A stretch of DNA of 63,273 bases, the filler included, from Octopus bimaculoides (Eukaryota), in NCBI RefSeq assembly GCF_001194135.2. It is 8 parts of 8 records of this genome, joined end to end, with 100 filler letters (N's around TTAATTAATTAA, not from the genome) between each part and the next. Parts side by side here need not be neighbours in the genome. Positions count along the whole stretch, not along the records: positions 1 to 11,669 come from NC_068982.1; 7 more parts are not named here. The stretch is one strand, 5' to 3'. Both the position numbers and the translations under genes were made by a program. The stretch's first letter is position 1. Each line of letters begins with the position of its first letter. This document shows positions 1 to 11,669 of the stretch, in pieces. The notes below the pieces were generated by a model that worked only from the letters and a program-made list of their open reading frames with translations, ran no database searches and had not been told where the DNA came from.

Positions 1-600
1 AGGTGTATAAACAACAAGCAGGTGTATTAGTCTGACGCTCGAGAAGGTGAGAAAGTCTTTTACGTTTCGAGCCTACGCTCTTCAACAGAAAGAAAGACGT
101 GGAAATAAACAGAGAGAGAATAAAAAATTTTTTAGTGTTAGCGGTCAATCATGGCGACTGGTTGGACAAAGGTAGTTAGACAGTAGAGCTAGGAAGAAGG
201 GGAGATAATAAAGTACTGGTGATCCCAAAACGAAGGTGCGCGTGCGTGTGTATATGTGCGAATGTGTAAGTGTGTGTGCGTGGAAGGTGGGTAGGAGTGA
301 AGAGTGGAAGTAGGTGTCAGATGAAGAGAGGAGTTGAGCCCATGTGGCTCAAAGGAGCGAAGAGAAAAGATTAAATTCTGTTCACGGCGAAGGCGGGAGT
401 CCGGATGGCGCCTGTGCAAAGACAGTCCGAACACAGACAGGTGTTGTAATGAATGACCGGTAGAGTGGAAATGGCGCGAGACTAGGGTGTCATTGCCAAG
501 TCTAATGTCTCGGAGGTGCTCCGCCAATCGGTCAGCCAAGCCGTCCCGTTTGACTGATGTACAGAGAAGTGCAGGGAAAGAGTAGGAGATGCAGTAAATA
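1..600 (-). mobile_element. Penelope-like element 3' fragment: GIY-YIG endonuclease C-terminus plus terminal repeat (pLTR)
   Basis: Minus translation gives IYCISYS/PCTSLYISQTGR..LAEHLRDIRLGNDTLVSRHFHSTGHSLQHLSVFGL..RREQNLIFSLRSFEPHGLN, the PLE GIY-YIG pattern. Near-identical family copy at 42915-44335; positions 1-160 recur at 51410-51577 and 33610-33700. Confidence 0.85.
56..93 (-). ncRNA. Minimal type I hammerhead ribozyme motif (non-canonical core) in the PLE terminal repeat
   Basis: Reverse complement reads TCTTT-CTGTTGA-A-GAGC-GTAG-GCTC-GAAACGTA-AAAGA: 5-bp stem I, 4-bp stem II with tetraloop, GAAA, palindromic ACGU stem III and a GUA cleavage triplet. Confidence 0.65.
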
Positions 601-615
601 ACGTTGATATATGCA

Positions 616-699
616 TATATGACGGGCTTCCTTCAGTTTCCGTCTATGAAATCCACTCACGAGGCTTCGGTCGGCTCGAGGCTATAGTAGAAGACACTC
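616..699 (-). mobile_element. SINE family A (tRNA/CORE-like) fragment
   Basis: Reverse complement of gtgtcttctactatagcctcg..gtggatt..agacggaaactgaa.gaagcccgtcatata, as seen at 15826, 26980 and 27966. Confidence 0.75.
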
Positions 700-1171
700 T
701 TTAAAGTATAGAGTTGAATTTCGTGTAACCACCTGTTGGCAACTTTTCTCCCCTACCCACTTTGTAGAGGGTATTACCCATTTTCTGAGCTCTCTTTACA
801 GCTATACCCCATGAAGGGAGTCGGGTCTTGTTTGTAGTTTGTAGAGGAAACGTTAAACGTGCCTGAAAAAAAATGGTCTCCCCCACCCACAACTAAAAGA
901 CTTTAAGAACTATGAAAGAAGGCAAATGAGTACCGTGGGTGGGGGGAAGAAGAGAGAACTAACAGTCGATCGTTCTAGAACTCCCAGAATGAAAACGTAA
1001 ATACCTGAATGACTTTCCCTCTACTCATTACTAAATGTCTTTACCTCTTCTTCGTTGTTAAAAGTAAAGAAGCTAGAAAGGATCGATCGAAATTGTCATT
1101 TCAAATGACTGATGCTTTCTTTTCTCTGTCTCTATCGCTTCACTCCTTTTCTGTACGGTTAAGAGAGTTAA

Positions 1172-1480
1172 GGTGTATGGCCCAGTGGTTAGAGGTATTC
1201 GGCCCACGATCGTATGGTCATGAGTACGATTCCCGACGGCACGCTGTGTTCTTGAGTGGTACTTTACCTTGCTGCAGTCCACTCGGCTGGCAAAAATGAG
1301 TTGTAGCTGTAATTCAAAGGGGCCAGCCTTGTCACATTCTGTGTGAAGCTGAATTTCCCTGTGAACTACGTTGTAGTATGCATGTCTGTGGAGTACTCAG
1401 TCACTTGTGCGTTAATTTTGCGAGCAGACTGTTCCTTTAATCAGATGAACAGGAACCATGTTGTTGTAACCGACGGACTG
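1172..1480 (+). mobile_element. tRNA-derived SINE family D variant
   Basis: A-box tggcccagtggttag, B-box-like gtacgattccc, and a body (tgtaattcaaagg..ccttgtcaca..gaactacgtt..gtctgtggagt) shared with 42209-42586 and 34243-34550. Confidence 0.8.
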
Positions 1481-1794
1481 TCATTAAAAAAAAAAGTGAC
1501 AGAAAAAGAAATGTTCCATATTGTAAGGAAAAATGTCATGTGTTTAGTACAAGCAGTGAAAGCTAAGACAAAATAATTACTCTTCCGTCGTGTTGTGACT
1601 TCGCCCTCGACTCACGCTCAGTTTGATAACAACAGCCTGCGCATCGGTGATTGTTTGTGGACTTGGCCTCTAGATTTGTGAGACCGACAAATGCCGCTGT
1701 TAGGACCGGATTAACATCCCTAGTGATCCTAACGACTAAAAGGATTTCCCTGCCTCTATATAGGATCTTTTTTTCGTTTTCTTCCGACCACTTG

Positions 1795-1972
1795 AAGGTT
1801 TATCTTGCTCCAGTCCCCTCAGCTAGCCAAAATGAGTTGTAGCTGTAATTGAAAGGGGCCAGCTTTGTCATATTCTGTGTGAGGCTGAATCTTCCTGAGA
1901 ACAACGTTAATGGTATGCATGTCTGTGGAGTACTCAGCCATTTGAGAGTTAATTTTATCCGCGTGTGGTAAT
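1795..1972 (+). mobile_element. SINE family D 3' part (5'-truncated)
   Basis: Repeats 1285-1420 (gccaaaatgagttgtagctgtaatt..gtctgtggagtactcagcca). Confidence 0.75.
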
Positions 1973-2318
1973 GAAAAGTGAAAGTGACATCCAATATTTA
2001 CCGTAGTCTTTGATTTAACAATGTGTCTATGTATATATATATAAATTTTTCCTTCGATCTATGTATCTACTGTTTCTCACTTACTATCTTTCTCTCTCAC
2101 TTTCTCTGTGTCACTTCACTCTTACGCTTTTAATTTAACAACGTGTGTATGTATCTATATATCTAATTTTCTTTCGATCTGTGTATCTACTTGTCTTTTG
2201 ATCTATGTATCTACTTTTCTTTCGATGTATGCATCAGTCTACTCTGAAAATACCGATAAACATCTTACCTCTCCCTTCAACTGTAGAAAAGTAACAATAA
2301 CATCCACAGCTATTTGCT

Positions 2319-2320
<2 letters not shown>

Positions 2321-2388
<68 letters not shown>

Positions 2389-2563
2389 CAGAGAGAGACA
2401 GACAGACAGAGGGAGAGAGAGTGTGTGTGTTAGAGAGAGTGTGTGTGTTAGAGAGAGTGTGTGTTAGAGAGAGTGTGTGTGTTAGAGAGAGTGTGTGTTA
2501 GAGAGAGTGTGTGTTAGAGAGAGTGTGTGTTAGAGAGAGAGGCAGACAAACAGAGTTACTGTC

Positions 2564-2610
<47 letters not shown>

Positions 2611-2627
2611 TAGAGAGNNNNNNNNNN

Positions 2628-2668
<41 letters not shown>

Positions 2669-2678
2669 TAGATAGATG
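2321..2678. repeat. Compound microsatellite: (GA)n, (GTGTGTTAGAGAGA)n, (GACA)n
   Basis: Direct reading of the tandem units. Confidence 0.95.
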
Positions 2679-3394
2679 GAAACAATTCTTTTTGCAATTT
2701 CTATATCATATATCGTCGAAAACGAAAAGTTTTCCAGCGTTTCCTGTATGGGAATGGTTCCATTGTCTTTCACTATTATTTTCTATCCACTCTCTTCCTT
2801 CACTCAATCTATCTCTCTAAATATCTATCTTTCCCCCTTCTCTCCCCTCTCACTCTCTATGTCTCCTTGCCTCTAACTGTCCTCCTGCGTTTAACACGTT
2901 ATATTTCTCTTACCTCTCAGCGCTATCAATCCCCCCTCTCTCTCTTCCTCACTCCCTCTTACTTCCCCCTCTTTGCCGCTTTGCCTCCTCTGCCTCTGTC
3001 CCTCCCCTCTCTTCTGTTTTGCCACTCACTTTAACTATATCCCCCTCTGCTTAACACCTTTTATTTCTCTTTTTCTTAGCACCTCCCTTCAACCTTTTTA
3101 TCTCTTCCTTTGAAGTGTGATACACAGTACAGGTACGTTCGTACAAAAACAAAAAGTTGGCATATTAATACTATCGATTTTCTACAGATCCTTGGGGTAA
3201 AAAATTTGAAAGATATATTTTAGTAACCACCATTTTTAGCTTCGTTGTCCAAAGTAAACAAACAAGTTATGTCACAAGTTTTATAACTCTGTGGACAGCG
3301 AAAATGGTATCGACCGACTACGATCCAATTCTATTAGGCTTTAACCAGAAACAAAATACCCGTCATCTGTTCACGGGTAGCTATTTATAGTAAA

Positions 3395-3723
3395 CACACG
3401 CACTCATTCAATATCACTTTATTGTTAGTCAATTGGTTAAATATCCAACCAACTAACTAATCGATCGTTTGTTAAATGTATTTGTTAAAGAATCAATCGG
3501 ATTGTTTGTCAAAGTTCTTTCGTCACGATCCATGACCTCATCAATGACATGCCACCACTCTTTAAGATCTGCTTTGAATCTATCTCAAGGCAAACCTTGA
3601 AGAGAGGAGGAGAATGGCGACGAAAGGACTCTCACAAACAGCCGATTGACTCTTGAATAAACGATCGATTAGTTAGTTGGTGAGATATTTAACCGATTGA
3701 CTAACAATAAAGTGTTACTGAAC

Positions 3724-3735
<12 letters not shown>
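3395..3735. mobile_element. Foldback/MITE-like element with long imperfect inverted arms
   Basis: cactttattgttagtcaattggttaaatatccaaccaactaactaatcgatcgttt (~3415-3470) is the reverse complement of ~3658-3714. The inner arm 3491-3530 pairs with 3617-3653. Confidence 0.7.
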
Positions 3736-3761
<26 letters not shown>

Positions 3762-3766
<5 letters not shown>

Positions 3767-3955
3767 TCCTCCCACCATCGCTTGACAACCGGTGTTAGTG
3801 TGTTTACGTCCCAGTAACCTAGCGGTCCGGCAAAAGAGCCGATAGAATAAATACTAGGCTTACAAAGAATAAGTCCTGGGATTGATTTGTTCGACTAAAG
3901 GCGGTGCTTCAGCATGGCCGCAGTCAAATGACTGAAACAAGTAAAAGAGTAAAAG
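3762..3955 (+). mobile_element. SINE family A/B 3' half
   Basis: gtttgtcc.ccaccatcgcttgacaacc..gatagaataa..actaaaggcggtgct.cagcatggccgcagtcaaatgactgaaacaagtaaaagag; the same block occurs at 4196, 27320 and 28350. Confidence 0.85.
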
Positions 3956-4195
3956 AGTATTATAAAAAATATAACTAATTTATTGCAAATAAACTGCAGC
4001 AACAAAATCTTACATGGACCCCCATGGGTCGTGGGGACTCCGGTTGAAGACCACTTATTTATAGTATCTNNNNNNNNNNNNNNNNNNNNNNNNNNNNNNN
4101 NNNNNNNNNNNNNNNNNNNNNNNNNNNNNNNNNNNNNNNNNNNNNNNNNNNNNNNNNNNNNNNNNNNNNNNNNNNNNNNNNNNNNGTGTGTGTGT

Positions 4196-4410
4196 TTATT
4201 TGTGCGGTTGTGTTTGTGTTTTTCCCCCCAACATCGCCTGACAACCGATATTGTCGTGTAACTTAGCGTTTGAATAAAGAGACCGATAGAATAAGTACAA
4301 CACTTGGAAAGAATAAATCCTGGGGCCGATTTGTTCGACAAAAAACCCCCCTTAAGGTGATGCTCCAGCATGGCCGGAGTCAAATGATTGAAACTAATTA
4401 AAGAATAAAA
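4196..4410 (+). mobile_element. SINE family A/B 3' half
   Basis: Diverged copy of the 3762-3955 block after a gap. Confidence 0.75.
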
Positions 4411-4429
4411 GAATATATATATATATATG

Positions 4430-4622
4430 CTTTTTGTATTTGGTTTGCAAGATTCTTTATGTGAATTTGTGTGCTGTAGCATATTTTATTGTGTCTGGGG
4501 AGAGTCATTCTCTTTTAGTGCCTTATTAATTTAATGCACATTCACCGGTCGATTTCCACTCACTTATTATGCTTTCTTAAATTTTCTTTGCGTCTTGCAA
4601 CCCTTTCATTAGTCGTTGACTC
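4430..4622 (+). repeat. Interspersed repeat family H (unclassified)
   Basis: ggtttgcaagattctttatgtg..tgtgtctggggagagtc.ttctcttttagtgcc..gcgtcttgcaacc; an inverted copy lies at 61735-62030. Confidence 0.7.
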
Positions 4623-4689
4623 TGTCCGTTATCGGAACTAAGTTCATTTTTTGGTGGTTGGTTTGTTTGTGCGCATGCGTGTGCATCAG

Positions 4690-4964
4690 TGTGCGTGCGC
4701 ATACTCATATGTATGTATTATGTGTGTGTGTGTGTGTGTATACATGTATGTATGTGTTTATGCATGTATGTGTGTGTGTATGCATGTATATATATATGTA
4801 TGTATGCACGTTTGTATGTATATACTCTGCATGTATGTATGCATGTATGTGTGTGTATGCATATATATATATATATGTGCATGTGTGCACGTTTGTATGT
4901 ATGTATCCTGCATATCTATGTGCGTGTGTGTTCATGCTTGTGTGTTTAGGTGTTTGTGTTCGTA

Positions 4965-4996
<32 letters not shown>

Positions 4997-5125
4997 TATG
5001 TGTCCTTGTGTGAAGGGTACGCATGTGTATTTGGTCATGTGTTTCAGTCTTCATTTGTATGTATGTATGTATGTATGTATGCATTTACCTACGTATCCAT
5101 TTACCTACATATACATACATACACA

Positions 5126-5165
<40 letters not shown>

Positions 5166-5200
5166 TAAATACATATATACATACACACACACACACCTAC
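4690..5200. repeat. Degenerate (TG/TA/TATG/CA)n microsatellite field
   Basis: Direct reading; it explains the Cys/Val/Tyr-rich ORFs in the track. Confidence 0.9.
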
Positions 5201-6009
5201 ATAACGGTCTACTAACATTGTCTGTATATATATAAACTGTGGGTATTGGGGTATGAAACCTTTTATGTATATTTGCTATTTAGTACTGAGGATGTTTTAT
5301 TAATGAGGACGTACGCTTGCACTTATCTGAGTGTTGGGTCCTTCGGGTGGTTGGATAAAATGCGGATGTCAAGTTGATCCAGTGTACCTTCATGTTGGTG
5401 TTTGGGATGTTGATAGAGAATAGAAGACTGTTTTTTGTCGTCATATTGTCTCAAATATNNNNNNNNNNNNNNNNNNNNNNNNNNNNNNNNNNNNNNNNNN
5501 NNNNNNNNNNNNNNNNNNNNNNNNNNNNNNNNNNNNNNNNNNNNNNNNNNNNNNNNNNNNNNNNNNNNNNNNNNNNNNNNNNNNNNNNNNNNNNNNNNNN
5601 NNNNNNNNNNNNNNNNNNNNNNNNNNNNNNNNNNNNNNNNNNNNNNNNNNNNNNNNNNNNNNNNNNNNNNNNNNNNNNNNNNNNNNNNNNNNNNNNNNNN
5701 NNNNNNNNNNNNNNNNNNNNNNNNNNNNNNNNNNNNNNNNNNNNNNNNNNNNNNNNNNNNNNNNNNNNNNNNNNNNNNNNNNNNNNNNNNNNNNNNNNNN
5801 NNNNNNNNNNNNNNNNNNNNNNNNNNNNNNNNNNNNNNNNNNNNNNNNNNNNNNNNNNNNNNNNNNNNNNNNNNNNNNNNNNNNNNNNNNNNNNNNNNNN
5901 NNNNNNNNNNNNNNNNNNNNNNNNNNNNNNNNNNNNNNNNNNNNNNNNNNNNNNNNNNNNNNNNNNNNNNNNNNTATTTATATAAGGGGCATATTTATAT
6001 AAGGGAAAT

Positions 6010-6030
6010 TATATATATATATATATATAT

Positions 6031-6074
<44 letters not shown>

Positions 6075-6119
6075 GTAGGTAGGTAGGTAGGTAGGTAGGT
6101 TGGTAGGTAGGTAGGTAGG

Positions 6120-6174
<55 letters not shown>

Positions 6175-6292
6175 GCATTATATATAAATTAGACTAGAAG
6201 CCGATAATTTTGAACGGTAGAAATGAATAAATAAATAAAGAAAAAAGAAAGAAAGAAACAAAGAAAGAAGGAAATAAAGGAAGAAATAAATA

Positions 6293-6323
<31 letters not shown>

Positions 6324-6375
6324 GAAGAAGGAAAGAAAGAGAAAAGAAAGAGAAAAGAAAGAAAGAAAGAAACAG
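6010..6375. repeat. Compound (TA)(GATA)(GGTA)(GA)(GAAA)n microsatellite
   Basis: Direct reading. Confidence 0.9.
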
Positions 6376-6866
6376 GGTAGCAGGAGAAAGTGAGGTGCAG
6401 TAAATCAACAAACAGTAACTTTAAATAAAAAGAGTTCTCTGGAAGGGGAGAGTACAAGAATTAAGTGTCATTATCAACAAGAAGTATTTAACAAATGAGT
6501 GAAAAAAAAACCCAGTATAATGAATAGAAAGATAAGAAAGGAGGAGATATATGAATAGCTGAGTATTTGACATTGATTCAAGAAAGTAAGGGAAAGGAAT
6601 AGGAGAATGCAAGGTTAAGAATAATGGGAGCACGCTTACAAACTGTATGTATGTATGTATGTATGTATGTATGTATGTATGTATGTATGTATGTGTTACT
6701 CGTGTAGACGATTAACATAAATACAACTACCAAAATGTATTCTTATAGAAATAAGCGAAACGAAGATTAGACTTGATGAAACATCCGCACCTTCGATGCA
6801 CCACAACTGTTTGTTTAGCATCTTACCCGCGAGGCACCGACTAATGCACGACGGGTCGAAACGGTC

Positions 6867-7440
6867 GTCTTCTTCTTCTTAATTCTTTTTGTCCCTTGTG
6901 AAGCATAGGACCTCTACAGTTATTTTCCACTTTTTGCGGTCATTGGCGTGTTTCTTGGCTGCTTCCTATGTCAGGCCGGTGGTCCTGAGCTTGTCCAAAA
7001 TGCTCCACTTCCATGTCTGCTTCGGGCGTCCTCGCTTCCTTTTCACCTGCGGGTTCCAGTCAAGTGCTTGTCGTGTCACATTTGCGGGTTCTTTCCGCAG
7101 TGTGTCCGATCCATCTCCATTTCCTTCGTCTAACCTGAACATGAATGGGCTCCTGGTTGGCCCTGTCGAACCATTTCAGATGGAGGATCTGCCGGAGACA
7201 TTTGTTAATGAAGGTCTGGATCTTCTTGTAGTTGCTGCAGGTGGCTCTCCATGTTTCAGAATCATACAAAAGCACAGATTTTACGTTTGAACTAAATAAG
7301 CGGAGTTTAATTCGAGTTGAGATGGCAGTGGACTTCCATTCAGGTCGAAGAATAGCATCCATTGTGTTGAATTTCTTCCAGAAATCTGTAATTGTAGGTT
7401 TATCCTCCCTGTCAATTGCTTTTATAAGTTGTTTGAAAGT
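6867..7440 (-). mobile_element. RTE-clade LINE 3' end (5'-truncated, decayed)
   Basis: Minus ORF ..ISTRIKLRLFSSNVKSVLLYDSETW..KIQTFINKCLRQIL..VRRRKWRWIGHT, followed by WNP..KRKRGRPK-like sequence and a (GAA)n tail at 6867-6880. Confidence 0.9.
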
Positions 7441-7444
7441 TCTT

Positions 7445-8060
7445 ATATAATCTGCCTTAAGTTAACTATCAAACCTTGATCCATTGGCTGGAGCAAAGAA
7501 GTTGTATTCTTGGGGATATATTCTACTCTCACGTTATCAGAAAGGTCATCTAAATTTGCTGGATGGTCCAGTGCATTGTCCAAAAGAAGCAATGCTTTGT
7601 TGGAAATATTATGTCTGGTACTGTACTTTTCTACGTTAGGGGGGAAAGTATCTTATTATTTGAACGCTAAATCTGAGGTAGATTAAACTTTGTGTAACCC
7701 TTGAAAGCCCTTGTATATTTGGAGTGACACATGAGTAAGGCTTTAATTTCATAACACCAGCGGTATTTCCTCCCAAAAGAAGTGTCAGACGATTTTCGGA
7801 AGCTTTAAATCCTGGTGTAGATTTTTCTTGTCGAAAAATAAAAGTTCTAGCAGGCATGCGCTTTCAGAAAAGTACCATTTCAATAACATTGTGTACTTGC
7901 TCTCGTATGTAGCCCTTTTCAGTAATCATTTTTTCGACTGCTCAGCATACTTAGTAGCAGTCTGTTGTGTTAGCCAAGTCTGGTTCTCTCCTGATAAAAC
8001 CCTGGTATCGAGAGCCAAGCCGGTTAACTCTGCTAATAAGACATTGGTGTGGATAGCCAA
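7445..8060 (-). mobile_element. Tigger/pogo (DDE_1) transposase relic
   Basis: Minus: KMITEKGYIREQVHNVIEMVLF*KRMPARTFIFRQEKSTPGFKASENRLTLLLGGNTAG..KLKP..LLDNALDHP..VEYIPKNTTSLLQPMDQG. Confidence 0.9.
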
Positions 8061-8099
8061 TTTCTTATATTTGCCACAGATGCATAGATGAGGGGATAT

Positions 8100-8410
8100 T
8101 ACAGAGGCAGTTTAAAATGTGTGTTAGGGTTTACATAAAAGACGAGGAGAAGAAAGGGAATGAGTTTGAGAAGAGGTAAAGTATTCATAATATACAAGGT
8201 ATGTGAATACATGAACGATGCAATCCTCCTGATAGACCAATCAAAGACCCCCACATATACAGGGTTACCCTGGCCACCAAAGGTACGAGCTCTTGCTCAA
8301 CTGTTGTTCACCAATCTACAAGCGCATGTTTAGAGGCAGTCTTTTACCCTAACCATTTTGCTACAGTTTCCCACCTTTTGGCAAATTCACTGGAAGAGAG
8401 TATTTCCCTA
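8100..8410 (-). mobile_element. Tx1/L1-like LINE extreme 3' relic
   Basis: Minus ..LSSSEFAKRWETVAK.. resembles the ORF2 C-termini at ~12420 (YEKRWKDVVR) and ~20790 (IKRWVNVVR). Confidence 0.4.
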
Positions 8411-8439
8411 TCCACCTTCAATAATAATTTTTTCTACTA

Positions 8440-8650
8440 TATAATATTCATGCAAGACTGAACATTTTCACGGAGGGGGCTGGTCGATTACATCGATCCC
8501 AGTGCTTGACTGGTACTTATTTTATCGACCCCAAAATTAAGGGCAACTAAAATCTCTGCGGAAATTTAACACAAAATGTAAATCTGGAGGAAATGCTGCC
8601 AAGCATTTTGTCCGGTGCGCTAACGATTCTGCCCACTCGCTGCCTTTCAA
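8440..8650 (-). mobile_element. tRNA-derived SINE family C
   Basis: Reverse complement of the ggc.ag.tggcagaatcgttagc..aatgctt..cagagat..ggggtcgataaaataagtaccag..ctgggatcgat consensus seen more than 15 times in the window. Confidence 0.8.
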
Positions 8651-8799
8651 CCCTCAATAATAATAACTACAAAAGTAGCATCTTGTTTGTTTATTTGTTC
8701 TGTTTTTGTTTTCTTGTTGGATATATGAGGTGAGGAATATATGATGATATTGGCGTTAATGGTTTGAAGGGAAAGACACGAGAAGTAAAAATGTATAGA

Positions 8800-9830
8800 T
8801 TATATTGGTAAAAATGCATGATATTTAAAACTGCGATGTCCTTTTGATATCTGTGGCCCTCCACTTAATATACGGATCCTCCTGAACAATTTGCATCCAA
8901 TTCTCCAATTTGCAAAAGAGATGAGTAGTACCAGATTACCATTTTTAGACATAATGGTCATTAAAAGTGACACCACCATCACCACTGATATACATTACAA
9001 ACACAGACACGCATCAATACCTGAACTTTAAATGGTGCCATCCAACACATGCAAAACGCAATATTTCATACTGCCTAGCCAGGAAAATTTGTACCATTGT
9101 GGAAGATGTGAATACCAGAGACAAACGCCTAATAGAATTCAAAGAATTTCTATTCAAATAAAAAATACCCATCTCTACTTATACCAAATGGTATACAGTG
9201 TGCTATAGAAAAACCCATATAACAACTTAGAGCAACCCAAGAGAGAGGAAAACAAGAACAGGTAATATAGTGACACAGTCCATGGCACTAAAATAGCTTT
9301 AGCAAACTTGGCGATCATTGCTCAAAATAATGAATTAAAGGATATAACCTCAGATCGAGTTATGGTTCTAAGTAAAAGACAACCGAAAAACTTGAAACAA
9401 TTATTAACAAAGGCAAAGCTTGACCTAAGCAACAACGACGAATCATTCATTGTATCTAAATGCAATGATAATCGATATAGTACATGTCAGTTCATACATA
9501 CCGGTCAATATATGAACACAAAAACCGGGAGAATATTTGCAAATGAAAATATGAACTGCAAAAGCAGAAGTTTTATTTACTGCATCAAATGCCCGAATTG
9601 TGAAGAGATCTACGTTGGTCAGACTGGCAATGCATTATCGGAACGTTCACGTGTGCACCGACAACAAATTAGGGATCCTGATGTGCGTCAAATCCCATTA
9701 AGCAACCATCTGGCAACATGTAGCCAGAAAATGTTTATAGTATTCCCATTCTACAAACAATACAACTTAAGTGAAGTCGAGAGAAAACTCAGATAAATTC
9801 AAACCCATTTTTAAATGGACAATAATAAAA
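8800..9830 (+). mobile_element. Penelope-like element (second family): RT C-terminus plus GIY-YIG, frameshifted
   Basis: LNNLHPILQF..RLPFLDIMV..TDTHQYLNFKWCHP.HAKRNISY.LARKICTI; then KCNDNRYSTC..NCKSRSFIYCIKCPNCEEIYVGQTGNALSERSRVHRQQI. Confidence 0.9.
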
Positions 9831-9884
9831 ATAGTAATAATAAAAATAGTTATAGTAACAGTGATAGTTGTAATGAAGATAATA

Positions 9885-10210
9885 ATTTTTTCTACTGAAG
9901 GCACAAAGCCTTGAAATTTTGTGGGGAGGGAACTGGTACTTAGTTTATCGACCCCGAAAAGATGAAAGGCAAAGTCGACCTCGGCGGAATTTGAACTCAC
10001 AACGTAGCGACAGGCGAAATACCACTAATCATTTCGTCCAGTGTGCTAATGATTCTGCCAGTTCGCCGCCTTTAATGATGATAATAATAATCCTTTCTTC
10101 TAAAGTACAAGGCCTGAAATTTTTTGCGGGGGGACGAGCGAGTCGATTATACCGAATCCCCACTGTTCAACTGGTACTTAGTTTATCGATCCCGAATGGA
10201 TGAAATGATA
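9885..10210 (-). mobile_element. Two tandem SINE family C copies (full 9885-10075, partial 10085-10210)
   Basis: tcgaccccgaaaagatgaaaggcaaagtcgacctcggcggaatttgaactc.. and its repeated 3' tail. Confidence 0.85.
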
Positions 10211-10549
10211 AGTATAACTGCTATTACCACCACCACCACCACCACCACTACCACCACCNNNNNNNNNNNNNNNNNNNNNNNNNNNNNNNNNNNNNNNNNN
10301 NNNNNNNNNNNNNNNNNNNNNNNNNNNNNNNNNNNNNNNNNNNNNNCACCACTAACAACAATAATAAAAGTGATGGTGATGATGGTGGTAATATTAGCCA
10401 TATCAACAATGGCGTGATTGAAATGTAAAGTTTCTAGAAAATTGTAAGAATAGTAACAATAGAATTCAATGAAAACAGGAATGTTGTTTACAACATTCCT
10501 ACATATTGCCAAACAATTATTTCTTTAGATGCGGTCAAAATAAAGAATC

Positions 10550-10742
10550 CTTGACGTGCCCACCAAACCGTGACGTCTAAAATATTTCGTTGAAAAAAAC
10601 GGGATAAATGCTAACCAAGTTGACACACTCACCAAATCGTGACACCTAAGTCACATACTGATTGATCGAAATACAGTTCGAACTTAATTGGCGCTGACCA
10701 AACCATGACATTTAAGCCACATGCTGATTGGTTCGTAAGATT
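10550..10742. repeat. Degenerate ~68-bp tandem repeat, 3 units
   Basis: accaaa(c/t)c(g/a)tgac motif at ~10561, ~10631 and ~10697, with a shared taag.cacat.ctgattg downstream in units 2 and 3. Confidence 0.55.
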
Positions 10743-11669
10743 CAGCTTGCTGTAGCCTATCGGAAGGTACTTAAAGGTCAAATTTATCGTTTCACTAGAG
10801 TTGTCAGTTGTGGAACACGACCTTTATTACTACTACCACCCAAACCTGATGATTGTGTAACGCATGGAAGTACTAACTTCATCACAATAAATATATAATA
10901 TTCTATTATTATAATATTGTAAAATTGTAAAAATTGTAAATAATAAAACGTGAAAATCAGACTATGATGGAATTTCATTGATTAATATATAAATACATAC
11001 GTACATGCATACATACATGCATGACGCGATTCTATCTATCTTTGTATCTTTCTCCCCCTCTCGTTCTTCCTTCTGCTGTTCTTCGCCTCTCCCCCTTCAC
11101 TACTATATCTCTCTCTTCCTCCCTGTCTCTCGTTGCTCACCTATATTCTACTTCCTCCCCCTTTTCTCCCTCTACCACTCTTTCTCCTTACCCCTCGCTG
11201 GTCATATGTGTCCGGCTACTACTTCCTTCCATATATTGGCCATCGCCAAGCTCGCACGAACTTTCTTCTCTCTTCCTTCCAGTTCGTCGCATCACAGCGT
11301 TCAGTATACATATATATTTTTTCACGTCTTGCCCTATAGCCTTTCTTGTTTATTTTCACTGTTTCGTTTTCCTGTCTTGTTTTTTGTTCGCCACTACATT
11401 CCTCCACGTTACAAATTTAATTTGTCTCCGTGGGAAAAGCCATTCTAAAAATGCGTCCTGCCCTAACTCTTCGAAACGCTTAGTTTTAGAATGGTGGCAG
11501 CTGTGTTTTCTGTGCTCTGTTTATCGTTTTGTCCATGTTTTTTGCAACGTCCTATACCCAGATATGCATCTGTATATACATGTAGATGTAGGTATGTACA
11601 TACATGTACGTATACATGCATATACTCACATATTATTTGTATTATATATATATATATATATATATATAT

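Noticed and set aside
4616-5215. Long Cys/Val/Tyr/His-rich ORFs here and at 44245-44716, 47070-47721, 51466-52120 and 58532-59725
   Set aside because: They are translations of (TG/TA/CA)n microsatellites, or are extended through N-gaps.
6835-6872. Hammerhead-like ctaatgc..gaaacggtcgtc next to the RTE tail
   Set aside because: The core has two substitutions and neither stem I nor stem II pairs convincingly.
10845-10885. CTGATGA followed by a small hairpin
   Set aside because: No GAAA core and no stem I or stem III complement.
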